A stretch of DNA of 64,000 nucleotides from Alphaproteobacteria bacterium (GCA_965225945.1 CBDDBZ010000039.1:128001-192000), one strand, 5' to 3'; positions 20,473 through 31,225 are shown, counted from the first letter of the stretch. The notes: a model not told the origin generated them from the sequence alone. Made by a program: numbers and translations.

Positions 20473-22185
20473 ATGACCTACGACTACATCATTGTCGGCG
20501 GGGGCTCGGCCGGCTCGGTGCTGGCCAATCGGCTCTCGGCCCGGAGCGCCAACAAGGTCCTGCTGCTGGAGGCCGGCCAGGACACTCCCCACGGCAAGGT
20601 GCCGAAAGAGATCCTCGACAGCTATCCCGGCACCGCCTATCTCGACAACCGCTTCCACTGGACCGAGCTCGAGGTCACCACCCAGCCGGTCAGCCACAAC
20701 AATCCGGACGCCGACCGGCCGCGCTTGCGCAAATACGAGCAGGCCCGCGTGCTCGGCGGCGGCTCCTCGATCAACGGTCAGCTCGCCAACCGGGGTGCCC
20801 CCACCGACTACGACGAGTGGGAATCGCGCGGCGCGCGGGGCTGGAACTGGGACTCGGTGCTGCCCTATTTCAAAAGGATCGAGCGCGACATGGATTTCGA
20901 CGGGCCCTATCACGGCCAGTCCGGCCGCATCCCGGTGCGCCGCATCATGCCCGATCTCTGGAACGGCTACTCGACCGCCGCGGGCGAGGCCTTCGGCCGC
21001 GCCGGCTACGAGTTCCTGGCCGACCAGAACGGCGAATTTCGCGACGGCTACTTCCCGATCACCATGTCGAACGCCTACGAGCGCCGCGTCTCGGCGGCCA
21101 TCGGCTATCTCGATCCGGGCACGCGGCTGCGCGAGAACCTGGAGATCTCGACCCACACGCAGGTCCAGGAACTGCTGTTCGAGGGCACCCGCTGCGTAGG
21201 CGTCAAGGCCCAGGTGGGGGACCGGGCGAAAGAGTTCCGAGCGGGCGAGATCATCGTCTCCTCGGGCGCGATCCACTCGCCAGCGCATCTGCTGCGGGCC
21301 GGGATCGGCCCGGCGATGGCGCTCGCCGAGCTCGGCATCGAGGCGCGCGCCAACCTGCCCGGCGTCGGACAGCGACTGATGGACCACCCCTCGATCGCCG
21401 TCGCCGCCTACATCGAGCCCGGAGCCCGGGTCCGGAACGAGTTCACCCGCCGCCATCTCCTGGTGGGGCTGCGCTATTCCTCCGAGCTCGACGGCGCGCC
21501 CGCCGGCGATATGTTCATGGCCGCGGTCTCGAAATCCTCCTGGCACGCGGTCGGCGAGCAGATCGCCTCGATGATCGTCTTCGTCAACAAGACCTATTCC
21601 GAGACCGGGCAGGTCAAGCTGGCGACGCGCGATTGGCGGGACGAGCCGACGGTGGAGTTCAATCTGCTCTCCGACCGCCGCGACCTCGACCGGCTGATGC
21701 AGGGCTTCCGGCTGATGGCCGAGATGCACGACGATCCCGCCCTCCAGGCGGTCGCCAGCGATGCCTTCCCGGCGAGCTACAGCGACAAGGTGCGCCAGGT
21801 CGGCGAGGTCAATCCCAAGAACAAGTTCCTGACCGGCGCCATGGCCAAACTGCTCGATGGCCCGGCGCCGCTCCGCCGCCTGTTGATCGAGAAGCTGATC
21901 ATGGAGGGATACAGCCTCGAAGAACTGCGCCGCGACGATGCGGCGCTGGAGGCGTTCACCCGCGAGGCGGCGGTCGGCGTCTGGCACGCCTCCTGCTCCT
22001 GCCGGATGGGGGCCGACGACGATTCCATGGCGGTGACCGACAACGCCGGCCGGGTCCGGGGCGCTATCCAGGGGCTCAGAGTCTGCGATGCCTCGGTCTT
22101 TCCCGTGGTGCCCTGCGCCAACACCAACTTCCCGACCCTGATGGCCGCCGAGAAGATCTCCGATGCCATCCTCGACGGTCACTAG
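20473..22185 (+). CDS. GMC family (choline dehydrogenase-like) oxidoreductase
   Basis: YDYIIVGGGSAG, LGGGSSING, WH.SCSCRMG, NTNFPTLMAAEK. Confidence 0.93.
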   Translation: MTYDYIIVGGGSAGSVLANRLSARSANKVLLLEAGQDTPHGKVPKEILDSYPGTAYLDNRFHWTELEVTTQPVSHNNPDADRPRLRKYEQARVLGGGSSINGQLANRGAPTDYDEWESRGARGWNWDSVLPYFKRIERDMDFDGPYHGQSGRIPVRRIMPDLWNGYSTAAGEAFGRAGYEFLADQNGEFRDGYFPITMSNAYERRVSAAIGYLDPGTRLRENLEISTHTQVQELLFEGTRCVGVKAQVGDRAKEFRAGEIIVSSGAIHSPAHLLRAGIGPAMALAELGIEARANLPGVGQRLMDHPSIAVAAYIEPGARVRNEFTRRHLLVGLRYSSELDGAPAGDMFMAAVSKSSWHAVGEQIASMIVFVNKTYSETGQVKLATRDWRDEPTVEFNLLSDRRDLDRLMQGFRLMAEMHDDPALQAVASDAFPASYSDKVRQVGEVNPKNKFLTGAMAKLLDGPAPLRRLLIEKLIMEGYSLEELRRDDAALEAFTREAAVGVWHASCSCRMGADDDSMAVTDNAGRVRGAIQGLRVCDASVFPVVPCANTNFPTLMAAEKISDAILDGH

Positions 22186-22202
22186 TGGATTCTATCCACT
22201 TG
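22182..22202. repeat. 21-bp CTAG-flanked palindrome, copy 2
   Basis: CTAGTGGATTCTATCCACTTG; contains the GMC gene stop TAG. Confidence 0.8.
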
Positions 22203-22217
22203 GTGCGCAAGACAGCC

Positions 22218-24290
22218 ATGTGGCGGATGGCCTTCGACATCGGCGGGACCTTCGCCAATTTCGTGCTGGCGGGCACCGACCGGCCGCCCCGCTTCCTGAA
22301 ACTGGCGACCACGCCCGACGATCCGGCCCGCGCCGTGCTCCAGGGCTTCGAGCGCCTGCTGGCGGAGGCGGGCGTCGAGGCGGCGGCACTCTCGACCGTG
22401 CTGCACGCCACCACCGTCGCCACCAACGCCATCATTGAGCGCAAGGGGAGCCCGACCGCGCTGATCACCACGGCGGGTTTCCGCGACGTGCTGATCATCG
22501 GCCGGCAGAAGCGCTACGAGACCTATGATCTGCATATGGAAAAGCCGCCGCCGCTGGTGCCGAGGCGGGCGATCGTGGAGGTGAGGGAACGGCTGGCGCC
22601 CGACGGCACGGTCGAGGTGCCGCTCGACATGGCGTCGGTCGATTCCGCGATTTCGGCGGTGCTGGCCCAGGGCGCGGAGTCGGTCGCCGTGGCGTTGCTG
22701 CACGCCTATGCCGAGCCGGCGCACGAGGAGGCGATCGCCGAGCGCCTGGCGCTGCGGGCGCCGGGCTTGCCGGTCTCGCTCTCCTCGACGATTTCGCCGA
22801 AGTTCCGCGAATACGAGCGGACCAGCACCACGGTCGCCAACGCCTACGTCCGGCCGATCGTGCGCGATTACGTGGGCCGGCTGCAAGCGGCGCTGGCGGC
22901 GCGGGGTTTCGCCGACGCGTTCTTCATCATGCAGTCGGCGGGTGGCCTGATCTCGCCGGAGATCGCGGAGGCGGAGCCGGTCCGAATCATCGAATCCGGG
23001 CCCGCCGCCGGCGTGCTGATGAGCGCCGAGGTCGGTCGTGGCGCCGGCGAGGACCACGTCATTACCTTCGACATGGGCGGAACCACGGCGAAGCTCGGCG
23101 CCGTCGAGGGGGGCGAGCCTGCGGTCACCCAGACCTTCGAGATCGATCCCGTCCGCTACCGGCCAGGAAGCGGACTGCCGATCAACGTGCCTTCGGTCGA
23201 GCTGCTGGAGATCGGCGCCGGCGGCGGCTCGATCGCGCGGGCCGACTTCGGCGTGATCCACGTCGGACCGGAGAGCGCCGGGGCCGATCCGGGGCCGATC
23301 TGCTATGCCCGGGGCGGGACCCGGCCGACGGTGAGCGATGCCAACCTGGTGCTCGGCTATCTGAACCCCGACTATTTCAACGCCGGCGAGATGCGCCTGG
23401 ACCTGGAAGCGGCGCGAGCCGGGGTCCGACGGGATATCGCGCGGCCGCTGGATCTCGACGTCGAGCGGGCGGCCTGGGGCGTGCATGCGGCCGCCAACGC
23501 CAACATGGAGCGCGCGATGCGCATCGTCTCGGTGGAACGGGGGCGGGACCCGCGCCGCTTCGCCATCGTCGCCTTCGGCGGCGCCGGTCCCTTGCACGCG
23601 GCCAGGCTCGCCAAGGCCTTGGGCGCGCCCCGGGTGATCGTGCCCTTCGGCGCCGGCGTCGGCTCCGCCGTCGGCCTGCTCGGCGCCGCGCCCCGAATCG
23701 AGACCTCGACCACCCGGGTGCTGAGGCTCGAGGACGGCGTGGAAGGGCTGATCGGCGAGATTTACACCGGCCTGGAGGCGCGGGCCTTGGCCGACATCGT
23801 CCGCCTCGGCGTGCCGGGCCCGCCCACCTGGCGGCGCGCCGGCTATTTCCGCTATCTGGGTCAGGGCTACGAAATCCGCGCTGAATGGCCCGCAGCGCCG
23901 ATCGAGGCGGGCTATGCGGCGGCGCTCAGGGAGGCTTTCCACACGGCCTATGAGGCGAACTACGGCTACCGCGACGAAAGCGCCGAGATCGAGGCCGTCG
24001 ACTGGCACCTCGTCGCTGCCTTCGAGGCGGCGGGCACCGGCCTCGACCTCGGCTGGCGGCCGCGCGCCGGCGAGACCCCGCCGGCGGGTGATCGACCGGC
24101 TTGGTTCGAGGAGACCGGAGGCTTCACCGCCACGCGGGTGCTGGACCGCGCCGGGCTCGCCGCCGGGGCCGAGATCGAGGGGCCGGCTATCGTCGAGGAG
24201 GCGGAAGCGACCAGCTTAGTGCCGCCCGGCATGACGGCGCGGATCGACGCGCGCGGCAACCTGGTGATCGAGACGGGAGTGGAGAGATGA
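22218..24290 (+). CDS. Hydantoinase/oxoprolinase subunit A
   Basis: DIGGTF, HATTVATNA, REYERTSTT, ESGPAAG, DMGGTT, AFGGAGPLHA. Confidence 0.92.
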   Translation: MWRMAFDIGGTFANFVLAGTDRPPRFLKLATTPDDPARAVLQGFERLLAEAGVEAAALSTVLHATTVATNAIIERKGSPTALITTAGFRDVLIIGRQKRYETYDLHMEKPPPLVPRRAIVEVRERLAPDGTVEVPLDMASVDSAISAVLAQGAESVAVALLHAYAEPAHEEAIAERLALRAPGLPVSLSSTISPKFREYERTSTTVANAYVRPIVRDYVGRLQAALAARGFADAFFIMQSAGGLISPEIAEAEPVRIIESGPAAGVLMSAEVGRGAGEDHVITFDMGGTTAKLGAVEGGEPAVTQTFEIDPVRYRPGSGLPINVPSVELLEIGAGGGSIARADFGVIHVGPESAGADPGPICYARGGTRPTVSDANLVLGYLNPDYFNAGEMRLDLEAARAGVRRDIARPLDLDVERAAWGVHAAANANMERAMRIVSVERGRDPRRFAIVAFGGAGPLHAARLAKALGAPRVIVPFGAGVGSAVGLLGAAPRIETSTTRVLRLEDGVEGLIGEIYTGLEARALADIVRLGVPGPPTWRRAGYFRYLGQGYEIRAEWPAAPIEAGYAAALREAFHTAYEANYGYRDESAEIEAVDWHLVAAFEAAGTGLDLGWRPRAGETPPAGDRPAWFEETGGFTATRVLDRAGLAAGAEIEGPAIVEEAEATSLVPPGMTARIDARGNLVIETGVER

Positions 24291-25966
24291 AGCAAGAGGT
24301 GGATCCGGTGACCCTGACGGTGGTCTGGAACGGCCTCCTGTCGATCGCCGAGGAGATGGGCTCGACGCTGCGCCGCACCGCCTTCTCTGAAGCGGTTCGC
24401 GAGGGCGATGATTTCTCGACCGGCCTCTTCGATCGACGGGCGCGCTTGGTCGCGCAGGGCAATTTCACGCCCGGCCATCTCGGCTCCATGCCCTATGTGA
24501 TTCAGAGCATGCTGGAATATTTTCCGCCCCAAGGCCTGCTGCCGGGTGATGCGATTCTGATGAACGATTCCCAGCTCGGCTCCGGTCACTTCCCCGACTG
24601 CTTCCTGGCCAGCCCGGTCTTTCTCGGGGACGAACTGATGGGCTTCGTCGTCAACACCGCGCACCATATCGACGTCGGCGGCGCCGCGCCGGGCTCGCAG
24701 CGCGTTCACGGCGTCACCGAGGCGTTTCAGGAAGGCCTCCGCATTCTGCCGGTGCGGATCGTCCGCGCGGGCGCCTTCGATGCCGACCTCCTGCGCATGA
24801 TCCTCGCCAACGTCCGGATGCCGGCGAAGGTGGAAGGCGATCTCCGCGCGCAACTGAACGCCAATCGGGTGGGCGCGCGGCGCTACGCCCGCATATACGC
24901 CGAGCAGGGCGCGGCGGTCATGGAAGCGGCGTTCGAAGCCATCCTGAGCCATACCGAGGCGCGGATGCGGGAGCTGATCGGGGAGATCCCTGATGGGGTC
25001 TATTCCTTCGACGATTTGCTGGACGATTACGGCCCCGGCACCGAGGCGATCGCGGTCGCGGTCGACGTCACGGTCGCCGGCGACGATATCGAGGTCGACT
25101 TCTCCCGCTCCAGCGATTCCGTGCCGGCGGCGATCAACTCCTACCTTAACTACACCCGGGCCTACACGGTCTTCGCGGTCAAGGTGTTCTCCGACGCGCT
25201 GTTGCCACAGAACGAGGGCGGGATGCGGCCGATCCGGACCGTGGCGCGAGAGGGCTGCTTCTTCAACCCGACCTTCCCCGCCGCCAGCGGCGGCCGCGCG
25301 GCGGTGCAGATCCGCATCTTCGACGCCATCAACGGGGCGCTGGCCCAGGCTCTGCCTCATCGCGCCATGGGTGCCTTCTCGCACTGGAGCAACCCCAACA
25401 TCGGCGGCATCGACGATGCCACCGGCAAGCCCTTCGTGATGTACGACCTCGCCTTCGCCGGCTATGGCGGGCGGGCCGACAAGGACGGCGCCGAAGCGCT
25501 GGCGCCGGTGATGAACTGCCGCAACATTCCGGTCGAGGTGCACGAGACCAACAATCCGGTGCGCATCCACCGCCTGGAACTGATCCGCGATTCCGGCGGC
25601 GCCGGGCGCCATCGGGGCGGCTCGGGGCTGCGCAAGGACGTGGAGCTGCTGGCCGCCGAGGCGACCATCACACTGCTCGGCGACCGCCATCTGAACGCGC
25701 CCTATGGCCTCTTCGGTGGCCATCCGAGCACCAAGGCCGAGACGGTGCTGAACCCCGACGGCGAGGCGGTTCGGCTCGGCTCCAAGGAGGTGCGCCACCT
25801 GAAGCGCGGCGACGTGGTGAGCTTCCGCCTCTCCGGCGCCGGCGGCTACGGCGATCCGGCCGAACGCGACCCCGAGGCGGTGCGCCGCGACGTGGCGGAC
25901 GGCTACGTCTCCGAGACTCGGGCGCGCGAGATCTACGGCCTCGATCCGAATGGGCAAGGAGAGTGA
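24287..25966 (+). CDS. Hydantoinase B/oxoprolinase subunit
   Basis: EEMGSTLRRTAFS, H.PD, HHIDVGG, DSGGAGRHRGG, GGYGDP; ATGA coupling with subunit A. Confidence 0.92.
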   Translation: MKQEVDPVTLTVVWNGLLSIAEEMGSTLRRTAFSEAVREGDDFSTGLFDRRARLVAQGNFTPGHLGSMPYVIQSMLEYFPPQGLLPGDAILMNDSQLGSGHFPDCFLASPVFLGDELMGFVVNTAHHIDVGGAAPGSQRVHGVTEAFQEGLRILPVRIVRAGAFDADLLRMILANVRMPAKVEGDLRAQLNANRVGARRYARIYAEQGAAVMEAAFEAILSHTEARMRELIGEIPDGVYSFDDLLDDYGPGTEAIAVAVDVTVAGDDIEVDFSRSSDSVPAAINSYLNYTRAYTVFAVKVFSDALLPQNEGGMRPIRTVAREGCFFNPTFPAASGGRAAVQIRIFDAINGALAQALPHRAMGAFSHWSNPNIGGIDDATGKPFVMYDLAFAGYGGRADKDGAEALAPVMNCRNIPVEVHETNNPVRIHRLELIRDSGGAGRHRGGSGLRKDVELLAAEATITLLGDRHLNAPYGLFGGHPSTKAETVLNPDGEAVRLGSKEVRHLKRGDVVSFRLSGAGGYGDPAERDPEAVRRDVADGYVSETRAREIYGLDPNGQGE

Positions 25967-25967
25967 C

Positions 25968-26489
25968 ATGGAAGGGGGCCGAATCGCGCCCTATCGCGGC
26001 ATCTGGCCGGTCATCGGCGAGGGCTGTTTCGTGGCCCCCGGCGCGGTCATCGTCGGCGACGTGCATCTGGCCGAGGGGGCGAGCGTCTGGTTCGGTTGCG
26101 TCATCCGGGGCGACGATCACCACGTCAGGATCGGCGCCCGGTGCAACATCCAGGACGGCACCATCATCCACGTCACCCCCGACGAGAATCCGACGCTGAT
26201 CGGCGACGACGTTACCATCGGCCACGGCGCCAGGTTGCACGGCTGCAGCGTCGGGGCAGGGGCGTTGATCGGCATCGGCGCCATCGTGCTCGACGGCGCC
26301 GTGGTGGAGGCGGGCGCGATGGTCGCGGCGGGCGCGCTCGTCACGCCCGGAAAGCGCGTCGGGTCGGGCGAACTTTGGGCCGGCAATCCCGCGCGCTTGC
26401 TACGCGAGCTCCGTGACGAGGACCGCGAATTCATGACCTGGGACGTCGCCCACTACCTGGGCCTCGCACGCGAGTATCTGGAAATGTAA
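25968..26489 (+). CDS. Gamma carbonic anhydrase family protein
   Basis: Hexapeptide repeats; IRGD, NIQDGTIIH, IGHGARLHGC. Confidence 0.9.
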   Translation: MEGGRIAPYRGIWPVIGEGCFVAPGAVIVGDVHLAEGASVWFGCVIRGDDHHVRIGARCNIQDGTIIHVTPDENPTLIGDDVTIGHGARLHGCSVGAGALIGIGAIVLDGAVVEAGAMVAAGALVTPGKRVGSGELWAGNPARLLRELRDEDREFMTWDVAHYLGLAREYLEM

Positions 26490-26516
26490 CCCGACCGCCC
26501 CGCCGGGGCGTCGCCA

Positions 26517-27056
26517 TCAGCTCTCGCGGGCGGGCGGGCGCGCCTTGGCGGCGAGGCGCTGGGCGCAGACGCGGCTCGACATCGGCTCGCCGCCCCGGTC
26601 CAGGGCCTCGACATGGGCCACCGCCGTGCCGACGCCCGCAGAGTCGGCATAGAGGAAGATGTGGAGCACGCAGCTCGAGCCGACGTACTGCCAGACCTCG
26701 GCCGGCGGATCGCGCCGCTTCAAGGTCGGCGCGCCGAAGACGCCGACCAGCTCGCCGGCGCCGAGCCCGACCAGACGGCGGGGCGGCGGCGGGCGGGTGA
26801 TCACGGCCGTGCTGGTGGCCGGCGCGCCTGCGCTCGGCGGGTTCGCGCTCGAGGCTGTCGCCGTCGTCTCGGTGGGGGTCGCGGTTCCCGCGGTTGGTCG
26901 CGCCGGGTCGTCGGCGAAACCGAGGCAGCCGGCGAGTACCAGGGCCGGCGCCACGCGGGGGAGCGCGCGCCGAACAGCGTCACGCCGCCCCGCGCCGCCG
27001 GTCTCCGTGCTTGCTTCCGATCGGATCGGACGGGTCGGTACCCGCGCCTCGCGCAC
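26517..27056 (-). CDS. Hypothetical lipoprotein (start uncertain)
   Basis: Lipobox LAGC, low-complexity linker, GAP..RRDPPAEVWQY..CVLHIFLY domain. Confidence 0.6.
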   Translation of the reverse strand: MREARVPTRPIRSEASTETGGAGRRDAVRRALPRVAPALVLAGCLGFADDPARPTAGTATPTETTATASSANPPSAGAPATSTAVITRPPPPRRLVGLGAGELVGVFGAPTLKRRDPPAEVWQYVGSSCVLHIFLYADSAGVGTAVAHVEALDRGGEPMSSRVCAQRLAAKARPPARES

Positions 27057-27059
27057 CGG

Positions 27060-27580
27060 CTAACCGTCGAGGGTGTTCATGTTGCCGATGATGACGCCCC
27101 CCGGCTCCACGGCAAGCTGGCTGTAACGGACGTCGCCCTGAATGCGGCCGCTACCTTGCACCACGAGCTGACCGCGCACGGTGAGCTGGCCCTCGAAGAG
27201 GCCGCCGACCACCGCCTCCTCGACCTCGACCATGCCCTTGAAGACGCCACCGTCGCCGATGATGATCGTATGGCATTCCTTCAGGTCGGCCTCGACCCGG
27301 CCGTCCACCACCAGCTTGTCGCAGGCGTTGATGGAACCGCTCAGCACGATTTCGTGGCCGACCACGAGGGCCTTGCCGTCGCCGTCACCGGACGCGGACG
27401 CCTGGGCGGGCGGGCTCGGAGCTCGGGCGGCGCAGGCGCAGGCGCCGGCTCGGCCGCGGCCTCCTCGGCCGCGTTCTCCTCGGCCGGCGGATCGTCGTCG
27501 ACGTTCCGACTGCCACCAACGATGCTTCGAATGCGCCGTGAAATTTCGGGCCTGACGCCGCCGTCGTCATTGTCCGACAT
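27060..27580 (-). pseudogene. Bactofilin (polymer-forming cytoskeletal protein), apparently frameshifted near 27420
   Basis: ATG 27580 with purine-rich RBS is in one frame; the bactofilin domain (LVVG..IVLSGSI..CDKLVVDGRVEA) is in another, with only a GTG at 27365 as its own start. Confidence 0.7.
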
Positions 27581-27644
27581 ATCGCTCTTCCCCCGCCATC
27601 GGGCGCTCGACCGCCCTCATCGATCACCGTCCCGCGCGACCGAT

Positions 27645-28361
27645 TCAGGCCGGCGCGCGAGCCGCGAGAGTCTTGAAGACATGCACCATGGCCGACGTGG
27701 CGACCAGCGGCGCCAGCAGGTTGACGATCGGGATCGTCATCACGAAGGCGATGACGACGCCCGTCAGAAACAACCTGAAGCCGCCCTTTCGGCGCGCGGG
27801 CCCGATTGCTTCGGGCGCCAAATGCCTCGAACTCACGAACTCGAAATACTCACGACTAAAAAGATATCCGTTGATCGCATAGAAAACAACAAGATTTAAG
27901 ATCGGAATCAAAAGTAGAGGCAAGTAGAGAATCAGGGCAATTACATTCAGCACTATCATGACGACAGAGAACTTGAGCGACAGCATGAAGGAAGCGCGCA
28001 TCGACAGCCCCTTGCCCGGGGGATCGTTCGGGTAATGGCGCGCCTCGACGGCGGCGGCGATTTCGTCCAGAAACAAACTGGTGAAGAGCGATGAGACCGC
28101 GGGAAACAGCAGGAACAGCGCGATCACCAGTACCACCTTGCCGACGGCTTCGGCGTAGGGCGAGAAATCGACCTCGTAGAGCCACAACAATTCGAAGGTC
28201 CAGGCGGCGGGGTCGTCCGGCATCACCCAATCGAGCATCGCGCTGGCGAGGACGTAAACGACGATGAAGACGGCGAGGGTGAGACCGACGGACTTTATCA
28301 GCACCGCGCGGAAGGTTGGGTCTGGGAGCTGTTCGATCGCCTTGATGAAGGCTTGCAGCAT
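27645..28361 (-). CDS. EI24/CysZ-family membrane protein
   Basis: Several TM segments; FLDEIAAAVEARHYP, NGYLFSREYF, IPIVNLLAP. Confidence 0.85.
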   Translation of the reverse strand: MLQAFIKAIEQLPDPTFRAVLIKSVGLTLAVFIVVYVLASAMLDWVMPDDPAAWTFELLWLYEVDFSPYAEAVGKVVLVIALFLLFPAVSSLFTSLFLDEIAAAVEARHYPNDPPGKGLSMRASFMLSLKFSVVMIVLNVIALILYLPLLLIPILNLVVFYAINGYLFSREYFEFVSSRHLAPEAIGPARRKGGFRLFLTGVVIAFVMTIPIVNLLAPLVATSAMVHVFKTLAARAPA

Positions 28362-28379
28362 GACGCGGGCGCTCCGGAT

Positions 28380-29812
28380 TCAGCCGTCGTGACGGACGAT
28401 CGGGTCGATCGGCACCCGCTGGGCGAGGCCGAGCACCTCCTCCAGCCGGGCCGCGGCACCAAGCAACGCCGCATCCTCGCGCGGCGGGCCGACGAGCTGC
28501 AGGCCGACCGGTAGGCCGGCGGCGGTGAAGCCGCAGGGCAACGACACCGCCGGCAGGCGGTCAGGGTGGGGAGATAGGTCAGCATCAGCCAATCGACATA
28601 GTTGTCGAAGCGTTCCCCCGCAACCGTTTCGAGATAGCGTATGTCGACGTCGAAGGGGGCGGCCATCACGGTCGGGCAGCAGAGAATGTCGAAGCGCCGG
28701 AAGAAGTCGACAATGCGGTGATAGAGCGCGCCCCGCTCGCGTTCCGCCCGGGCGGCATCGCCGGTGCTCTGTGCCATTCCCTTCTCGATGTTCCAAATCA
28801 CCTCGGGCTTCAGTTGCGCGCGATAATTTTCCAGTAGCGGAGCCCGCGCCAGCACGTAGCCGTGGGCGCGCAGCGCCTGGAAGATCTCGCGGCCGCCGGA
28901 GAAATCCGGCGTCGCCGCCTCGACCTCGGCGCCGGCCTCTTCGAAGCGAAGCGCCGCTTTCTCGGCAATCTCGCGGACCTCCGGCTCGACCGGTGCCAAC
29001 CCCAGATCGGCCGACCAAGCGACCCGCGTCGGCGGCGGGCCGGTCTCGGCGGCCTCGCGGAAGGCCGTCTCGGGTGCCGGCAGCGAGATGGGGTCGGACC
29101 TGTGCGCGCCCGCCATCGCGTCCAGCATCAGCGCCACGTCGGCGACGTTGCGGGCCATCGGTCCCTCGACCGAGAGCGTGTCGAAGGGCGCCAGAGCGGG
29201 ACCGCGGGCGACCCGGCCCGGACTCGGCCGGTAGCCGACGATCGAGCAGAACGACCCCGGGATGCGGAGCGAGCCGCCGAGGTCGCTGCCGTGCGCGAGC
29301 GCCACCTGGCCCGTGGCCAGCGCCGTGGCGCTGCCGCCGGAGGAGCCGCCGCAGGTCATCCGCGTATCCCACGGGTTGCGGGTGGCGCCGAAGACCTCGT
29401 TGAAGGTGTTGGCGCCGGCGCCGAACTCGGGCGTGTTGGATTTGCCGATGACGATGGCGCCGTTGGCCTCGAGCCGCTCGACCAGGATGTCGGAGCTCTC
29501 GGGCACGGAATCGGCGAAAATCGGGGAGCCTCGGGTCGTGCGCACGCCGGCGACGTCGACGAGGTCCTTGATCGCCACCGGTAGGCCATGAAGGTAGCCG
29601 GGGCCCGGTGCTTGGCGAGGGCCCGAAGCCTCCATGCGACGGGCCTGCTCGAGCGCCCTCTCGCGGCAGAGCGTCACCATGGCGTTGACCGGGCCGTTGG
29701 TCGTCTCGATGCGATGGTAGCTCGCTTCCACCAGCTCGCTCGGCGCGAGTTCTCTTCGGCCGAGGAGGTCCACCGCCGCCCGCGCGGTCAGCCGCCAGAG
29801 ATCCTCGCGCAT
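28380..29812 (-). pseudogene. Amidase-signature family protein with a 1-bp deletion near 28558
   Basis: GGSSGGS and GSDLGGSLRIP; the C-terminal LPAVSLPCGF..GLPVGLQLVG is in another frame (ACC GC CTG where ACC GGC CTG is expected). Confidence 0.8.
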
Positions 29813-30005
29813 GCGAATTCGGGCTCCCGAGCCGGGCATCGTCCGACCCGACCGAATAGTCGATCGGTTACGCCCGAGCGGACAAGGGTCGAGGCTTCGC
29901 CACTATGCCCGCTGGCCGAATCGTTGTACAGGCGGGGCGAGTGTCTCGGATGCGCGCCGGGAACTATACTCGACCGAGGCCGCCAGACGAGGGAAGGGCC
30001 GCCCC

Positions 30006-31004
30006 ATGGCGAACGGTGACACGGACGTACTCGCGATCGGGAACGCCATTGTCGACGTGCTCGCGCACGCCGAGGAAGTCTTCCTCGCCGAGCAGGGCCT
30101 GGAGAAGGGGGCGATGACCCTGATCGACGCCGAGACGGCGGAGAGGCTTTACGATCTCATGGGTCCGGGCGTCGAATGCTCGGGCGGTTCCGCCGCCAAC
30201 ACGGTCGCCGGCGTGGCCGGCTTCGGCGGCAGCGCCGCCTATATCGGCAAGGTCCGGGACGACGAACTGGGCCGTATCTTCCGCCACGACATTCGGGCCG
30301 CGGGCGTCGCCTTCGATACCGCGCCGGCGCGGGACGGTCCGCCGACCGCCCGCTGCCTGGTCCTGGTGACGCCGGACGCGCAACGCACCATGCACACCTA
30401 CCTCGGCGCCTGCGTGGAGCTGACGCCGGGGGATATCGATCCCGACCGGGTCCGGGCGTCGAAAGTCACCTATCTCGAGGGCTACCTCTGGGATCCGCCC
30501 CGGGCCAAGGAAGCCTTCCTGTCGGCGATCGAGATCGCCCACGGGGCCGGGCGCAAGGTGGCTCTCACGCTCAGCGACAATTTTTGTGTCGAGCGCCACC
30601 GCCAGGAGTTTCGCGATCTCGTCGACGATCACGTCGATCTGCTGTTCGCCAACGAGGACGAGATCATGGCGCTCTACGAGGTCGATACGTTCGATGCCGC
30701 CTTGCAGGCGGTGCGGGGCCGGGTCGAGGTCGCGGCGCTGACCCGCTCGGAGCGCGGCTCGGTGATCCTCGGGCCGGAGGCGGTACACGTGGTGGATGCG
30801 GATACCGCGCCGATCGTGGTCGACACGACCGGCGCCGGCGATCTCTATGCCGCGGGCTTCCTGCACGGCTTCACGCGGGGCCTGGATCTCGCCCACTGCG
30901 GCCGTCTGGGCGGCGTCGCGGCGGCGGAGGTGATCGCTCACATGGGGGCTCGCCCCGACCGATCGCTGGCCGAGGTGGCGCGCGAGCGGCTCGGCACGGC
31001 GTGA
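30006..31004 (+). CDS. PfkB-family kinase (adenosine kinase-like)
   Basis: GNAIVD, GGSAANT, EGYLWD, FANE, DTTGAGD. Confidence 0.92.
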   Translation: MANGDTDVLAIGNAIVDVLAHAEEVFLAEQGLEKGAMTLIDAETAERLYDLMGPGVECSGGSAANTVAGVAGFGGSAAYIGKVRDDELGRIFRHDIRAAGVAFDTAPARDGPPTARCLVLVTPDAQRTMHTYLGACVELTPGDIDPDRVRASKVTYLEGYLWDPPRAKEAFLSAIEIAHGAGRKVALTLSDNFCVERHRQEFRDLVDDHVDLLFANEDEIMALYEVDTFDAALQAVRGRVEVAALTRSERGSVILGPEAVHVVDADTAPIVVDTTGAGDLYAAGFLHGFTRGLDLAHCGRLGGVAAAEVIAHMGARPDRSLAEVARERLGTA

Positions 31005-31017
31005 GTCGGCCCGGCGC

Positions 31018-31191
31018 GAGAAGCAGTTCGGCGGCGAACTGGTGATCTCGCCCGAGGTGGCGGCGCGCGCGCGCCTGGGCGTCTCCGCCTTTCCGGCCCA
31101 TGCGATCGAAATCCGAGGCCTCCGCGAGCCCTTGGCGGTGCACGCCATTGCCCACGCGAGCGACTTGCCGGAAGCGGTCCCCGCGCCCTGA
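31018..31191 (+). pseudogene. C-terminal fragment resembling a class III adenylate/guanylate cyclase
   Basis: Translates EKQFGGELVISPEVAARA..FPAHAIEIRGLREPLAVHAI..DLP*; no N-terminal part present. Confidence 0.5.
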
Positions 31192-31225
31192 GTCGCGAGC
31201 GGCCAGGGTCCTATCATGTCTCTTG

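Noticed and set aside
20331-24290. 1319-aa ORF as a giant fusion
   Set aside because: Its first ~630 codons are a shadow frame of the GMC gene; the real gene starts at 22218
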